From: Okamejei kenojei
Lineage: Eukaryota
Direction: 5' to 3'
NCBI GenBank assembly: GCA_035221665.1
Contig: CM069158.1
Coordinates: forward strand, 19,902,001-19,966,000
DNA: 64,000 nucleotides
Every line of letters begins with the position of its first letter. The first letter of the stretch is position 1. Positions 12,334 through 25,697 of the stretch are shown here, one piece after another. A model generated the notes under the pieces. It was not told the DNA's origin and ran no database searches. It worked only from the letters and a program-made list of their open reading frames with translations. The position numbers were made by a program, and so were the translations under genes.

Positions 12334-14934
12334 CTCCAGAAAGCCAACCCACACCCTCTGCTACCTGACCCATGTTCCTGCTCTGCTTTGGTCTTGGCAC
12401 AGACCCTTGAATTCAGATGCTTTTGCAAGGGTTTCCTCCCCAACGCTGTCCAGCTTGAATGAATGACCACACCAGGCCCGACTGCCAATGAGTTGATCTA
12501 GGGAATTTGAGTGCCTCTTTAATACTGAACTCAAACCAGGGCATAACCATTTTCTTAAAACTTTTAGACTTGGGTCATAAGGTTATAGTAGAAGGAGAAT
12601 AAGGCCATTCGGCCCATCAAGTCATATTATCGCTTTGACTTTGATGCAATATGAATGGTGGTAGTAGGCGGAGCTTATAATAATAAAGCACTACATTGGT
12701 TAGTAAGTAAAGTAACCAATCTACAACTAGTTTTTAAATAGTGGAAGATAAACGCTGTTCACAGTGCGTGCAGCGGGAGAGCTAACTGGTTATCTCCCTA
12801 TTATTCCAATGTTGTCAATGACACTTGAGTCACTGATGTTTCCAAGGGCTTGGGTTTAATGTTGGAAGGCTGGAGGCCACCATGATGATTCACTTCCTTA
12901 CCGCCGTGCTATAGAGTCTGAACATTGAAATCCTCAACTGGGGTGCAAGCTGCAGGGCTCGGACTCCGAGGTGCCAGTCCCACTCACCGAGACAAGGTAC
13001 TGGAGAAATTACCATTTCAGAAGTACCCTGCTGATGGTTGGTGTGAGTCAGCAACTCAGCCCCAAGAAGAGTGTGAAAAGCATGGTGCTCATTACGCATT
13101 TAAATGGGGGTGTGTGTGTGTGTGACAATTATAATTTTGATGAGAAATTAAGCAACTGCATCATGCCCACTCATGTGGTGGGCATGATGCACACGCTTGA
13201 TGAATAAGGCAAGTATTTGTTGCTCAAAAGCAAAGTGCCTCCTCCAGGACCGATCGTTTCTCAAGTGTGATGTATGAATGTTGTTTAGTGGCAGCATGTA
13301 CAGCATCACCCAGGTCACAACCAGGGCCCAGAGCTGTTAGGGTCAATGTAAGCATTCAAGTAAGATTCTTGCATGATGCCAGCCTTGGGAATTCTGGCAC
13401 CTACAGCCGAATGGAAATGGACAATGGACCCAATTTCTCAGTAGTCTTTCTGATATACCATCCCTGCCCCAGTTCACAGTACCAGAGCTTGTCGTTTAAT
13501 GTTGCAGCTGCCACAGTGGAAATCACTCACAGCTTCTGGTTCGACAGGTAGTTGGTACCCTGGGTGGGCTCTTGGGCCAAAGCTTCAGATACAAGTGCTC
13601 GGCCAAGTGAATGATGCGCTTTCAGACCTTCCTCACGTAGAGAAGAAAACTGGCAGATTCACACCCAGTGCTCCATTAGTAATTGTTCACCACCTACTGA
13701 GATGGAAGAGGCTGGCATTCATCGTCTACTCCTGATTGCCCTCAAGAAGTGATGGAGACCGACTTGGTGTCCTGTGATGCTATTGGGTAGTAGTGCTAGG
13801 ATGGGGAAAGAATGGGCAGATAGATTACCTTGCATGTCTAACTGAAAGCAGTGGAATTTTCATACAACCCATTTGCCTGAGATTGAAGATTTGGAAGGAG
13901 TTGCAAAGCAGCCTTGGACACCTTGCAGTCAAACAGCGCAAGTCTGCATAAAATTGTCTTCCTTTCTAGTGGCACATGTCTAACTGCATCAGGAAAGTGC
14001 TCAAAAGCCCAATTTTCAATGTTTTTTCTATCTTAAAGGAACATCAACAGTCCACTCTTGGATTGTTTCTCCCACTCTGAGATGGAGACAAGTGATCTGG
14101 GAAGTCTGAAATTTCCTTGGAGGCTCCCTACCCACACCCATTGCTGTGGTTAGAACTCTGTATGGAATTTTATATCGTGTGGGTCAGAACTGACTTTACA
14201 ATAAAGTTATCCTACAACATTATTGCAATTTATTCAACCTTTATGAATACTGCCTGAGCTGCTGGGCGATTTTTCTTGCATTTCAGATTTTCAGCAACTG
14301 CTGCTTTCTGCACCTCACCATCAGCTCTGGCTTGGATTCATCTTTTTGCACCTCAGGACGGCTCAGATTAACAAACCATCCCCATTCTCTTGGATGGCAT
14401 CAATCACATCCGTGTCCCCTGGATTATCTTCATCTCGACACTACCACAGATTCCTTGTACACTCTTCAACCGCCCCCTCATCTTCGCAATCTAAAACGTG
14501 AATTGTCGGTGATATGAACATGCAAAGTCTTTGCTATACATCTACAATATTGCTACATCCTGGAAAAAGGATGATGTAGCCAAAATTCTATATGGGCCAA
14601 GGGTCGATGGACTGGTTACAGGGTGGTTGATAAGTCACCTGCTCCAGATAAATTGTGTCCCAGGCTAATGAAAGTAGAAATGTGCAGATGCCCTAGTCAT
14701 CATTTGTAAACCAAATTCAGGAGTAGCAACTGGGGAAAATGGCAAAGTGCAAAGGCACCATGTTTAAAAGGTAGGCATGGTAAACCTACTTCTTCCCCAT
14801 GGGCCACAGGCCAACACTAAACACTCAACTGAAGAAAGAAATCATGTTCCAGATTAAACCTCCAGCAATTCAAGACAATTACCTTATTTTAATCCACAGA
14901 TGCTGCCTGAACATTGTAATTTCTATCTCGATTA

Positions 14935-15163
14935 GAGGTGCTGTCTGTATGTTCTCCTTGAGACCGCATGGGTTTTCTGCAGGTGCTCTGGTTTCCTCAC
15001 ACATTCCAAAGATGTACAGGTTTGTAGGTTAATTGGCTTTGTAATTGTGAATTGTTCCTAGTGCATATGAGAGTGCTAATGTATAAGGTGATCGCTGGTT
15101 GGCATGGAGTCGGTGGGCTGAAGGGCCTGTTTCCATGCTGTGTGTTGAAATTAAAGTCTAAAG
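14935..15163 (+). mobile_element. tRNA-derived SINE, 5'-truncated
   Basis: Matches the body of the SINE copy at 40236-40522. Confidence 0.65.
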
Positions 15164-17766
15164 TTGTGTATCACAAAATGATTGGTTCCGTTTCATTATC
15201 TACAGACTAGCTTTTAAATATGAACAATTAGCTGCAAAGGGTTCTAGAAACAATAGGCAAATTAGCAGCACAAATTGAAAACAAGCCGACCTGCATTTGT
15301 ATTTATTCAAATTCACAAAGTGCATCGATTCTTGTTCAAGTTGAGACAGTTGAGGGAAAGAGCTTATGCTACATGCAGATGTTTTGAAATTGCCCCTAAA
15401 TTTGGATAGACCATTAGCTTAGGATTGATTTCTTAGAAAAATATACCCCGTCGGGCAATTAACCTCCAAGCCCCTATATCTTTGGGATGTGGAAAGAAGT
15501 TAGAGCAGGCAGAGGAAGCCCACGGGGGCAGTGTGCAAACTTTAAACATTCAAGGCCAGGACTGAACCCAGGTCATTGCAGCCAACAAAAGCAGAAATGG
15601 TGCAAAAGAGTTTAACTAAAATGATTCCAGGGATGGGTAGTTGCACAGAGAATTGGAAGTGGTGACCCAAATGCTCAACCTGTACTATCTTCATCCTCCA
15701 CCCGAGAAAGCCAGCATTCTTGCTTTCAAAAGCCTGACCTAGTTAAATGTATGATTTACTTTGTCATTTAATATTCCCTTCTCCTCCCAAAGGGCAACAT
15801 CCGACACCTTGACAGTATTGCTTTGGTCCATTGGGAACAGTTTCCTTTTACAAGGATGTTTTCTTCATTTGCTGCATTTTGTTTCCAGCCCCAGGCATTT
15901 ACAGTACTGAACTTAACAATTCCTTTACTGTGCAGATTCAGAGTCCTAGACTCAAGCTCAACTTTGCTTCATACCCATTTCTACACCACATAACTAGCAA
16001 AACTACTGCAAAAGGCTTAACAAATGAGCAATATCACAGGACAAGTCGAATATGTTAATTTGAATGACTAATGTCAGGGTGGCAAGGGCAGAACATGCTG
16101 CCAGGGGAAGTGGTAGATGTGGATACAATGTTTAAAGAGGCATTCAGATAGGTATATGGATAGCAAAGATTGAGAGGCATATGGGCCAAATACAGGAAAG
16201 TTGGATTAGCTCAGGAAAATACCTAGAGGCAATTTCAGAATAGCCATATTTGTTAAGCAGGTTAGAGATTCAGATGAGTGATTAAGGAAACAGATAGTGA
16301 TAACATCTCCACCGCTAGAAGATGCCATTGCAGAGATGTTTTGTTGATTGGTCAAAGTTCAATGGAACAAGCTTCCATTTTCCAGGCTCCATTGACAAGA
16401 TAGAAAGAGTTTCTGCTGAAATGTCATCCATGGTTACGGGATCATTTACTTACATTGAAAGGATAGAGCAACTACTCATATGGATCAATGTGAACCATAA
16501 CATACCCTATGCAATAAACAAGAAAGATGCTGGAAGCAACCATCAAAACATTTACTGCTAGTGACAGAAGAGGCCACAAGCCAGAAGTCAGATCAGCTGG
16601 AGGTTATTCTACTGGGGACAATAATTTAAATAACGCAGAGCCCCAGTAATGTGCTAGTACAGAACAGGCCCTTCGGCCCATGTTTGTGCCAAACATGATG
16701 CCAAGTTAAGATGATCTCATCTGCCTGTACATAATCCATATCTCCCTAGTCCCTACACTTCCATGTGTTCATCTAAAAACTTAATGCAGAGCTGCAAACC
16801 ATTCATTTGGTCTGCCAACGCTTCAGCTGTATCCCACATTAACAAAGAACAGCAATGAATCCTTTTGCTCACCTCCACAAGTGTGCTCGATGGGAACCCA
16901 GAGGGAAGGGGAAAGGTTGGTCAGCATTTCTTGAGCATCTTTGAGAGAATCACCCATAATGTAAATTGGCCAAACATTAAATATTCATCAGAGTCAGGCA
17001 GACAAGCCAGCAAATGCAATTAAATACAGATTAGGAATTCACAAGCCAAAGTACTTAAACATGTTTTTAATTTAGTTATAAAACACAGCTTTAAGACAAT
17101 TATTTACACAGAATCAGAGTTCAACACATGTTGCATCCTGGCACAAAGACTGGATTTGAATCCACATAAATACCAAACAGGACACTTTGACAGTTAAAGA
17201 TCCATTAGCCATTGCAAACCAAGAGGTCCCGGTTGTATGCTCAATATCCAGGCCGTCACGATTGGGGACAGGGCAGTGCAAAGTCACCAGAAAGGGGGAA
17301 CCAAACTGGGTCATTCTGCCAATGGGAGCAATGGTAGCAAGTGCAAATAGGAAAGTGTTTAATTGGTGAATTGCATTTCAGTCTTGTGGTTAATTTTAGA
17401 ATAATTTTGAACTGGTTCAAAAATTGGGCAAACTGAAACACCCAAGGTGTATAAAGGGTTCACCCAAGGTGCACCTTTCCAAACAAAGTTGTTACTCCAT
17501 TTTAACCCACACCACTGTAAACAATGGCTTTAAATGGATTAGTGATACATGTATTCCAGGATCAAAGATACACAAAGGTTCTCTAGCAGCTGTTTTTCTG
17601 ATATAGGGCTGGGTGAGGGTTAACGGTAGAGATGCTCAGAAGGTTTGTTAAATAGCCTTTTAAAATTCCTGCATCAGAACCTTGTGTAGTTCTATTGCAA
17701 ATCATTATGGCCCAATGTGAATTGCACAAACCAAGTAATGGAACCATATTAAACAGGTTTCTGGCG

Positions 17767-17921
17767 TTAGCTCACAGAAGATTCTCCATCATTCAGAGAC
17801 AAGTAAGCTTTGGCTTTGTTGTACAGACAATAATGCTGCGCCATGAAGATTAAATCAAACAAGATGGATACCAGTCCAAGGCCAAACTTGGTCGGATCTC
17901 CAAACAGCAGCATCCACTCAT
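17767..17921 (-). CDS. CTNS: Cystinosin-like, coding exon 10 (last)
   Basis: (D)[50 protein letters not shown]; AG acceptor at 17923-17922; TAA at 17769-17767. Confidence 0.93.
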
Positions 17922-18697
17922 CTGCAGGAAGGAAAAAAGTTAAACTTCAAAAAATGCCCAGTACAAGCACCATGATGAAGAGGTAGCTTTGGCCATTTTA
18001 GAATCTAACAAAATGATCATCAACAGATCCAGGAGTTCAAGAGATTCAAGCTCTCAGTGCTAACATCTAGTGTGTACGTAGCCTGACCACTAACGGTTAG
18101 ACAATAGAATACATGACAGGTGTTCTAGTGATGGAAACAAACCACAGCATAAATGAGTTTGAGATATTGTGGGCAAGCAGTTGCTTCAGTTGGAAGCTGC
18201 CAAACTTGGGTTGTTGAAGGCAAGCAGGTCCTTGCTGCTCAAAACTGCTGAATGCTAGTCATGGTCAGGCCAGACAGCATCTGAAGAGGAACAATGCTGA
18301 CCTTCATCAGAACCAGTATTTAAATCAACATTAACCTTGTTGCAGCTGACTGATTGTTTTTGATTCCCAGGATATGTTCAGATTTTCCTCAAACAGGCTA
18401 CAAAATGCCTTGTTCAGTTTATTTTCATGTGCATGGAGATAGTGAAGAGCTTTAGTTGTGCTCCATCTAGTCAATGGAAATACCGGACAAATATAATCAA
18501 GCTGTCCACAGTGATGGGTTTAAAGTAGGGAATGATTGTAATGAACAGGTTAGAATTGCAAAAGACCTTGTCACTGGGTGAGCAGCTAGGATGAAAGTCA
18601 AAATTAATGTCTGATCACTAAATTGCGATCACTGGACGAAGGAGTAGGTACAGAGGGCCGACTTCATTGCAGAGCAACTATTTCAATTAAGTCTTAC

Positions 18698-18815
18698 CAT
18701 TGTTGTAGGACTGCAAGAACATCTGTAGAAGGCTGAAAATACCCCCAACAAAGTCCAGGAGTGTGTTCCAAATGCACCAGCCAACTGTACTTTTCCTTCG
18801 GTAGTTCATACAAGC
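18698..18815 (-). CDS. CTNS: Cystinosin-like, coding exon 9 (118 nt)
   Basis: [39 protein letters not shown]; AG/GT boundaries. Confidence 0.93.
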
Positions 18816-19340
18816 CTGGCGAAAGAATTACCGGTGAAACCAATTCCTGCACTAATCAAGTAACCATTTGCCTCCTGTACAAGGATATCTAGAAACTCAG
18901 GAAAAGTTAGCAGTGAGTCTAGATTTTGGATCAAAGGTGCAATGGGGTCTCAAGATTAACACAAGCTAGTGGTACCCCCAGGTAACCACCTTAGTCTGTT
19001 GTGAAAGGAAAACCCAACAGTAAGCATTTGTTGAAAATATTTGGTTAGATAGCACCTGCCAATCAGTTTTTACATTCTTGTACCAAAAATCTTCACATCA
19101 ATGCTTCAACCAGTTGTGGGAAAGAAGTATCCACTTAATTGTTAAGGAGTCTGCACCAGAGTCTAGTGACCAGAGTCACGCACTAATTGGATAAAGCCAC
19201 CTGGGTGTCAGGCAGCACAAGCATGCAGTTAGTCAGGTCCAAGATTTGAACACAGGCACGATTTTACTATTAGATGTCAGTGGTTTAATCAAAAGCCATC
19301 TGCTCACATTGGTTTGCTCCTGCACAACTCCCATGCTTAC

Positions 19341-19511
19341 CTGAGGAATGTATTTAATGAGGACAATGCCTAGTTTGATGTAGGAGAAATAGTAGACAAG
19401 TTGGAGCCATGTTATTTGACCACTTGCAGCCAGGATGATGAAGATTATAGCAGGCATCCATGCAGCTACGAGAAATCCAGTAGCAATCTTGGACACTCTC
19501 TGCGACCCCCG
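19341..19511 (-). CDS. CTNS: Cystinosin-like, coding exon 8 (171 nt), second PQ motif
   Basis: RGSQRVSKIATGFLV...FSYIKLGIVLIKYIPQ; AG/GT boundaries. Confidence 0.93.
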
Positions 19512-20237
19512 CTGTATAACAGAAAACAAATGACCAGCAACATTAAGAACCAAAATGTCAATGGCTTGGAACACTTTACAGCATTTGATAGCTACACAAT
19601 TAGTCAAAAATGTGGCAATTGGGAAAATATTGATTAGATGGATCAGAGCTTTCAATTGAACTGTACTGATTAAATGAACTTCAAGTACAAGGTGATCAAA
19701 TTTCAAACCCGTTTAATTGCAGTGTCCCAATCCTATGTGGATGTGCAAGTGATCTGATACAAATCCGGCAGATGCTTTAACAAAAGTATTTAGTCCACAA
19801 GGGTTGGCAATGGGGACCCCCACAGATAATGGGGAAGGAAGGAGGCTGCATGGGAGAGCACAAGCTGGAATAGCCTGCCTTCAGCCCAAGGAACTTCATA
19901 TTATTTTCCAGAATTTCTTTCAGTGTGAAGATCAAAGTGAAAGTATCCAAGGTCAAATTATGTGATCTCCTCTGGACTCCTTTATATAGAAATAATGAAA
20001 TATCACAAGCAAGGCAAGCATTATGAACAGAAATGCCAAATCTATAATTTAACAGGAAAATTGAAAATGTAATTAGCAGAAACTTCAAAATACAACAATA
20101 ATGCCAAGGTGGAAGCCAACTGTTGGGTCTGGGATTGAGAGAACAAGTTCTTCCAGGAGCCTGTGGGTCACAGCAAATCCAGTTTAATTATTAAATGGGA
20201 GCCTACAAATCCAACAGCCGGCAAATGAGAAACTGAC

Positions 20238-20357
20238 CTCATAAATGAAACATTGATAGATGGTGATGAAAGTGAACAAGATTGCATGGAGACTAAAAAA
20301 CACATCATTTGATTCCACAGGGTTCACTCCGTCTGGATGACATTGAAGAAATTGTTT
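20238..20357 (-). CDS. CTNS: Cystinosin-like, coding exon 7 (120 nt)
   Basis: [40 protein letters not shown]; AG/GT boundaries. Confidence 0.93.
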
Positions 20358-20991
20358 CTGGAAAGACAAGTCAAAAACACCATTACATTTAAACAAACAG
20401 TTCAAAGCGTTGGAAATGTCCAAGAATCTTGCAATGGATCAGTATTCTCATCCCCTGTGTCTGTCCCAATAAACTAGAAGCAAAATCAGATTTAAAGTAT
20501 AACTAAAGATAATTTTATTATCCAAGAGTTGTGATACTTCCCATTGGAAAACCATCGTCTCTACTGCAGAAGGACTTGCTACATACAATACTGGTGGAAA
20601 TCTGTACTTCAGGCTCAGTAATCTGGTCTCAAGTTCACTACCAGGGCATGGACCAAAGTTGGATTGATCTTCCAGTAAATGACAAATTCAACATCTTATT
20701 TTCTCAAAAGTTGCCATTTGATAAATTAAACACTGTACAACTCACTCGCCACTCCACAATGTTTTAACACCAAACAGATCATAATCTGAATGTCAAACAT
20801 TGGAGAGGACAAGTGAAATTGTTGCTTAGAATCAGCTGGTGAATATCAGCTATTTATTCTGGAGCATTCCCCATGTTAATTGGTTTCCTGAGATTAGAGC
20901 ATAATGGTAGGTGTTTGACCCAAGCTATTAAGCGAGCCAAGCTAATCAAATGCAAAGATAGCCTCAATTCAAATAGGCCAACAGTCTTTAC

Positions 20992-21091
20992 CTTCACACA
21001 GGGAATCCAGAAGAGGCCAATGTTAAACACTCCATATGCTAAATGGCCAGTCAGATTCAATGCCAGGAAATCAAAATTCAATCCAATTACA
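20992..21091 (-). CDS. CTNS: Cystinosin-like, coding exon 6 (100 nt)
   Basis: VIGLNFDFLALNLTGHLAYGVFNIGLFWIPCVK; AG/GT boundaries. Confidence 0.93.
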
Positions 21092-21839
21092 CTGTTATAA
21101 ACAGAGAATTAAACAGTCAATGTTAACTTGAAGATTTAATGAACATTCTAGTGCAGAGCCAAAATGTTAACTGGTCACCAGAGAAAGCTGAACTCTAGTA
21201 TATTACAGGGCCTTTTAGGCAATTGGTTTCATCAGGGCTTCAGCATATCAGTCCTTCAGGGAACACAGAGGTGAAGGGGCTAATTAATGCAGATCATTTG
21301 TATTAAATCCCAAGCTCATATTTGGATAAAGTGATAGGAAAAGACAGGAAAAGACCAAGAATCAAACCCACAGCCAAGATTGCATTTATGAAAAGATTCA
21401 TTTTGAGAAAGCCTTCCCATGAAAACCATCTACATTTGGAGCATTGTTCTTACAAGTCATGCTGATACTTTGTATATGTCCATTATAACAAACTCAGACA
21501 AGTTTGGTGTCACCAGGAATAAGAGCAAATAACAATGAATACAAGCCAAGTGAATTGTAAACCAAGGGTTGGCTTTTTCTTTTCTCTTTCAGTGGTGGCC
21601 CAGAGAGTATCCAGACCCTTTACCAGCTTCAGGCATTCCTAGACCACTTACCCCACTTTACTATACCCATGTACTCCCAAACATTTACCCGTCACATCCA
21701 TACCAGGAGTCATTTACTGCAGCTAAGTAACAGATCATTGTTTGACACTTTCTGGGACCACTTGGATAAATTAACCTGCAGACAGGCTGAAGTTAGTTTA
21801 ACCGGGCAAGTGCTGCATTAGTTACCCGGCTGTCTTTAC

Positions 21840-21977
21840 CTTTTACGTCTCCAGTTTTCAAGAACCTGGGGGTAGAAAGAGATGGACCATGCCAGGAAGT
21901 AAATCCAACCGATTAACATATTTATAATCTTCAAGACACGGCTGTGCACCACCAGAAAATGAATGTGTGTTGGAGCC
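21840..21977 (-). CDS. CTNS: Cystinosin-like, coding exon 5 (138 nt), TM1 and first PQ motif
   Basis: [45 protein letters not shown]; phase 2-2; AG/GT boundaries. Confidence 0.93.
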
Positions 21978-22529
21978 CTACAAAGCAAAATTAAACATTT
22001 CAGTTGATAGAATGGAGTATATCAAAGCAAGTAACATTTAGCTGGTAAAATATTAGTGTCAAAACACAAGCTCGTTGAAATAAACTCTTGAACAAGATTT
22101 ACTTATTCAGTTTAGCCAAGTGAAGCCTTGTTCATGTCCTGATTGGCTAGAGTTTGTGCCTTACTATCAAATTTAATTCATGAAACAGTTTAGCACATCT
22201 TAATTTTTATATTGCTGGCAGCCTATTTTAGCCCATGATATTTGCCCCCTCAGAGTAACCACATTGCTCAATTCTGCCTACAACTTGCTCTCCCTAGCCC
22301 CCACTTTTCACCAACACTCAGGGACAACTCGTCAAGTTCAAATAACCCACTCATCTTAAGGATGTTGAGGAATCCCAGAGGGAGAACACACAAATATCAT
22401 ACAGGTAGCACCCAAGGTCAGTGTTGTTCAAGTTCCAAGGCAACAGTTCTACTAATTGCACTAACTCACTGTTTTCTATTATTTCACATCCAGTGGAATA
22501 GAAGTTCCATCACATTTTAGTTGCAGTTA

Positions 22530-23125
22530 ACAATGTTTGCAGATGACATCAAAACTGGTTGACAGCAAGGAAGAATATCCAGGTCTACAACAGAATCTAG
22601 ATCAGTTGGGAAATGGAACCAAGGAAAGGCAAATGGAATTCAACTGACGTGCAAGGTGTTGCATTTTGGTATGTTGGGCAGGATTTATATAGCAAATTGT
22701 AGAGCCCTGGAGAGTGTTGTGGAACAGAACATGCTTAATTGCAGAACGTGCATAATCCCTGTCAGGTGAACAGGGTGGTAAAAGTGTTTTGCATTGGGAT
22801 GGGTATGTAGCACAAAAGCAGGAACATGATACAGCCAAATAAGTCATCGGTGAGACCACTCTTGGAGTGCTGTGTGCCCAGCTGCAGGTTTACAGTGAGG
22901 GGAGAGATTCAAGAGGGAGCTCAAGGGCAACTTGTCCATTCTGTATCTGGAAGCTGCCAGAATCTATAGAAGTGGATACAATTAAGATTTACAAAAGACA
23001 TTTGGATAGATGTGGATAGGAAAGTTAAGGGATATGGGCCAAATGCAAGCAAATGGGACTAGCCTGGAATACCAACATAGACAGCATTAATTAGTTGGGC
23101 CAAGAGTCCATTTCCATGCTCTATA
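22530..23125 (+). mobile_element. Degenerate CR1 fragment in a cystinosin-like intron
   Basis: MFADD RT motif at ~22533, then deleted RT C-terminus and 3' UTR. Confidence 0.65.
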
Positions 23126-23882
23126 CCATATAACATCTATTCAAGTGATCTAATCACCTTGCCAATTTGGGTCAAGTGCCCTCATTAAATGCAGTGACAT
23201 CTTGCACATTTAATCATAGAATGTCTTTTGAAGTTTTTCTTTATGTTTAAACGACTGCCATCATTGATATGCTTCATCAGAGTGAGACATGCACCATCTC
23301 TGCTTCATTGTGTATCCCTCTTCCTTTCATTACACAGGTACATTAAACCTCAGCAGAGCTGTGGTCCAATACCTTGTCAAACATCCAGTCATTCTGGCAT
23401 CGTGAAATTATTGCTAACAATCCCTGCTCAAGGGGTACTCTGGAACCAGGAACTCAGTTAGTGGAAACAAAACTTAGGCATTTAGCATCACCAAGTTACA
23501 CAGAAGTTGAAAATATTATCTGCCAAATGTTTTATCTGTGTTCAGACTCAAACCAACCCGTAGCCAAAATATTAGCAAAGATAACAGCTCTTTCTTCATG
23601 AGAAGGGATGAACAAGGCATATTGCTTTCCCCCAAACAATTGGAAAGAATCTGGGTTTGAAGGTAGGTAATTGGAAGTCAAACTGGATCTGGTTAAATTA
23701 TTGTACAGACACTTAAAGCTGAAGGCAGTAATTTGAGATAATGTAGATCAGCACAGTGACATGTTCAGAAGGAATAGATACACCCATGTTCCAATGGGAG
23801 TCCATCATTGGTACACAGGAGGCAAAACATGAGAAACTGAGTTGCTTTATAGAGTATATATCTGTTCTATAGAGATACATGC

Positions 23883-23986
23883 CTGGTCAGATTGCTGCTG
23901 TTACACTGAAGGTGAATGCTGACTTGTCCAACTTCAACTGCTTTAACTGGGAAGGATGAAGAGCTTGTAAACTGGGGTAATAGAAT
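23883..23986 (-). CDS. CTNS: Cystinosin-like, coding exon 4 (104 nt), GC donor
   Basis: ILLPQFTSSSSFPVKAVEVGQVSIHLQCNSSNLT; AG acceptor at 23988-23987; the only frame-preserving donor is AG|GCATGT. Confidence 0.85.
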
Positions 23987-24758
23987 CTAAGAGCATGGAA
24001 ACAAAAGTGTCTTCATTAGTAAGTGGCAAGAACGGGATGAAATAAAAAAATATATAATCGCTGTGAAGTTCCATTCATCCCATGTTATTGTGCCACAGGG
24101 CACGTTTAGAAATTAATCGCAAATACAAGTGCACAAAATTACAATCACAGAACACTCAAAACCTGAAGTCAAGATCTTCATTTCAGCACGAGAACAGAAT
24201 TCAAATACCAAATTATCTTGCTAAATGCATTTCAAGACCAGATCAAAAACTGGACCGAAGAAATAAGGTTCTACTAAACTGGCTAATAGAGAGACAAATT
24301 AAAAACAGGATATTTTAAGGCAGAGACAGATAGTTGATTGGTACAGGTGTCAGGGGCATGAGAATGTGGTTAACAGGGAAAGATTGATCAGCCATGATTG
24401 AATGGGGGAGTAGACGATGGGCTGAATGGCCTAATTCTTCTCCCATCACTTATGAACTTGTGACATGGCATATGGAAGAAAGAATCCTGCAATGAAGGGA
24501 GGGTGAAACCTGCTATTGCAGCAAGTACACACACACACACACATGCAAGTCTGGAAAGTGAGATACAAGCACAGGAGCCAGTGTGGGTCAATGCCTTTGC
24601 AGAACATGATTTACAACTAAATAAGCAATGTCACCGGAGTACAGAAGGAACAAGTTTACAGGGAAAGTAAATGGCAGACAAACACAGGACAATGTGAATC
24701 CAAGTCAGTCAAAACCCTTTTGCCTTGATAGTTTCCAAGTTTGAAGATTTTTACTTAC

Positions 24759-24843
24759 TTGTTCTGGGAGCTCAACAATATTAATTTGCTTAGATGAGTA
24801 AATTACAGCAAATCTGATGACTATGGCCTCTGGCAGTGGAACA
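24759..24843 (-). CDS. CTNS: Cystinosin-like, coding exon 3 (85 nt)
   Basis: VPLPEAIVIRFAVIYSSKQINIVELPEQ; donor GTAAGT. Confidence 0.9.
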
Positions 24844-24959
24844 CTGGAGAGGGTAAAAATAGACTAATTATTAGGGTACAAATTGCATCAACATAGTTTC
24901 TTTAAAAAGTCCAAACTAAACAAAGTTCAAGTTTCCAATAGATTGCACATGTGCCTTAC

Positions 24960-25038
24960 CTTATGACAATTTTAACTGTCTGAATGCTGTCAACTGTCAG
25001 ACTAACAACTTCTGGTACAATCAATGTCTCCGATGCTT
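24960..25038 (-). CDS. CTNS: Cystinosin-like, coding exon 2 (79 nt)
   Basis: EASETLIVPEVVSLTVDSIQTVKIVI; AG acceptor, GTAAGG donor. Confidence 0.9.
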
Positions 25039-25103
25039 CTGAAAAGACAGAGGTCCACTGTTTTGTCAGATAGAAGTCATTTACAATCCACACCCCAAAT
25101 TCA

Positions 25104-25357
25104 ATTTAGTTTAGTGATAGTGTAGAAACAGTCCCTTTAGCCCACCGAGTCTGCACAACCAGCAATCGCCCTCTACACTAGCACTATCCAACATAACAAA
25201 GACAATTTACAGTATCCAATTAACCTAAAAACTTGTAGGTCTATGGGAGTAAATCAGAGCTCCCAGAGAAAATCCATGCAGAGAATGTACCTGTAGTCAG
25301 GATTGAACCCAGGTCCCTGATGCTGCGAGACAGCAACACTAACACCACCTCGCCACC
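25104..25357 (-). mobile_element. tRNA-derived SINE
   Basis: (TTTAG)n tail on the plus strand; B-box-like GGGTTCAATCC on the minus strand. Confidence 0.65.
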
Positions 25358-25636
25358 CACAAATTGCAAGTCTCATTTGCAAGGTCTACCACTCAAGGCT
25401 TACCTCGAGGCCAAACAATGATGGAAGCCTCCAATTGTGGAAAATGGCACATCATTGTCACGAAATGCTCATCATTCCCCTGGACCCAAGCTTCGAGGTT
25501 ATGTACCCTTATTTTTAAGGCCAGGACACAGATCAAGGCAACTACTGAGGCAGCAAGTGTGGTGCAAGAATTGGTGGTGGTCGGACAGGAAAAAGTAACT
25601 TTTCACATTGAAAACATTTCTCAGATACAAACTTAC

Positions 25637-25697
25637 CAATTTGGAGCATGTTGACTAGACTACAACAGAGGATCATAAGGGGTACTGGGAGCTTCAT
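25637..25697 (-). CDS. CTNS: Cystinosin-like, coding exon 1 (signal peptide; exon spans 25637-25713)
   Basis: MKLPVPLMILCCSLVNMLQI, 61 coding nt, donor GTAAGT, acceptor AG at 25715-25714. The ten exons sum to 1131 nt (376 aa plus stop), with exon phases matching human CTNS as recalled. Confidence 0.88.
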
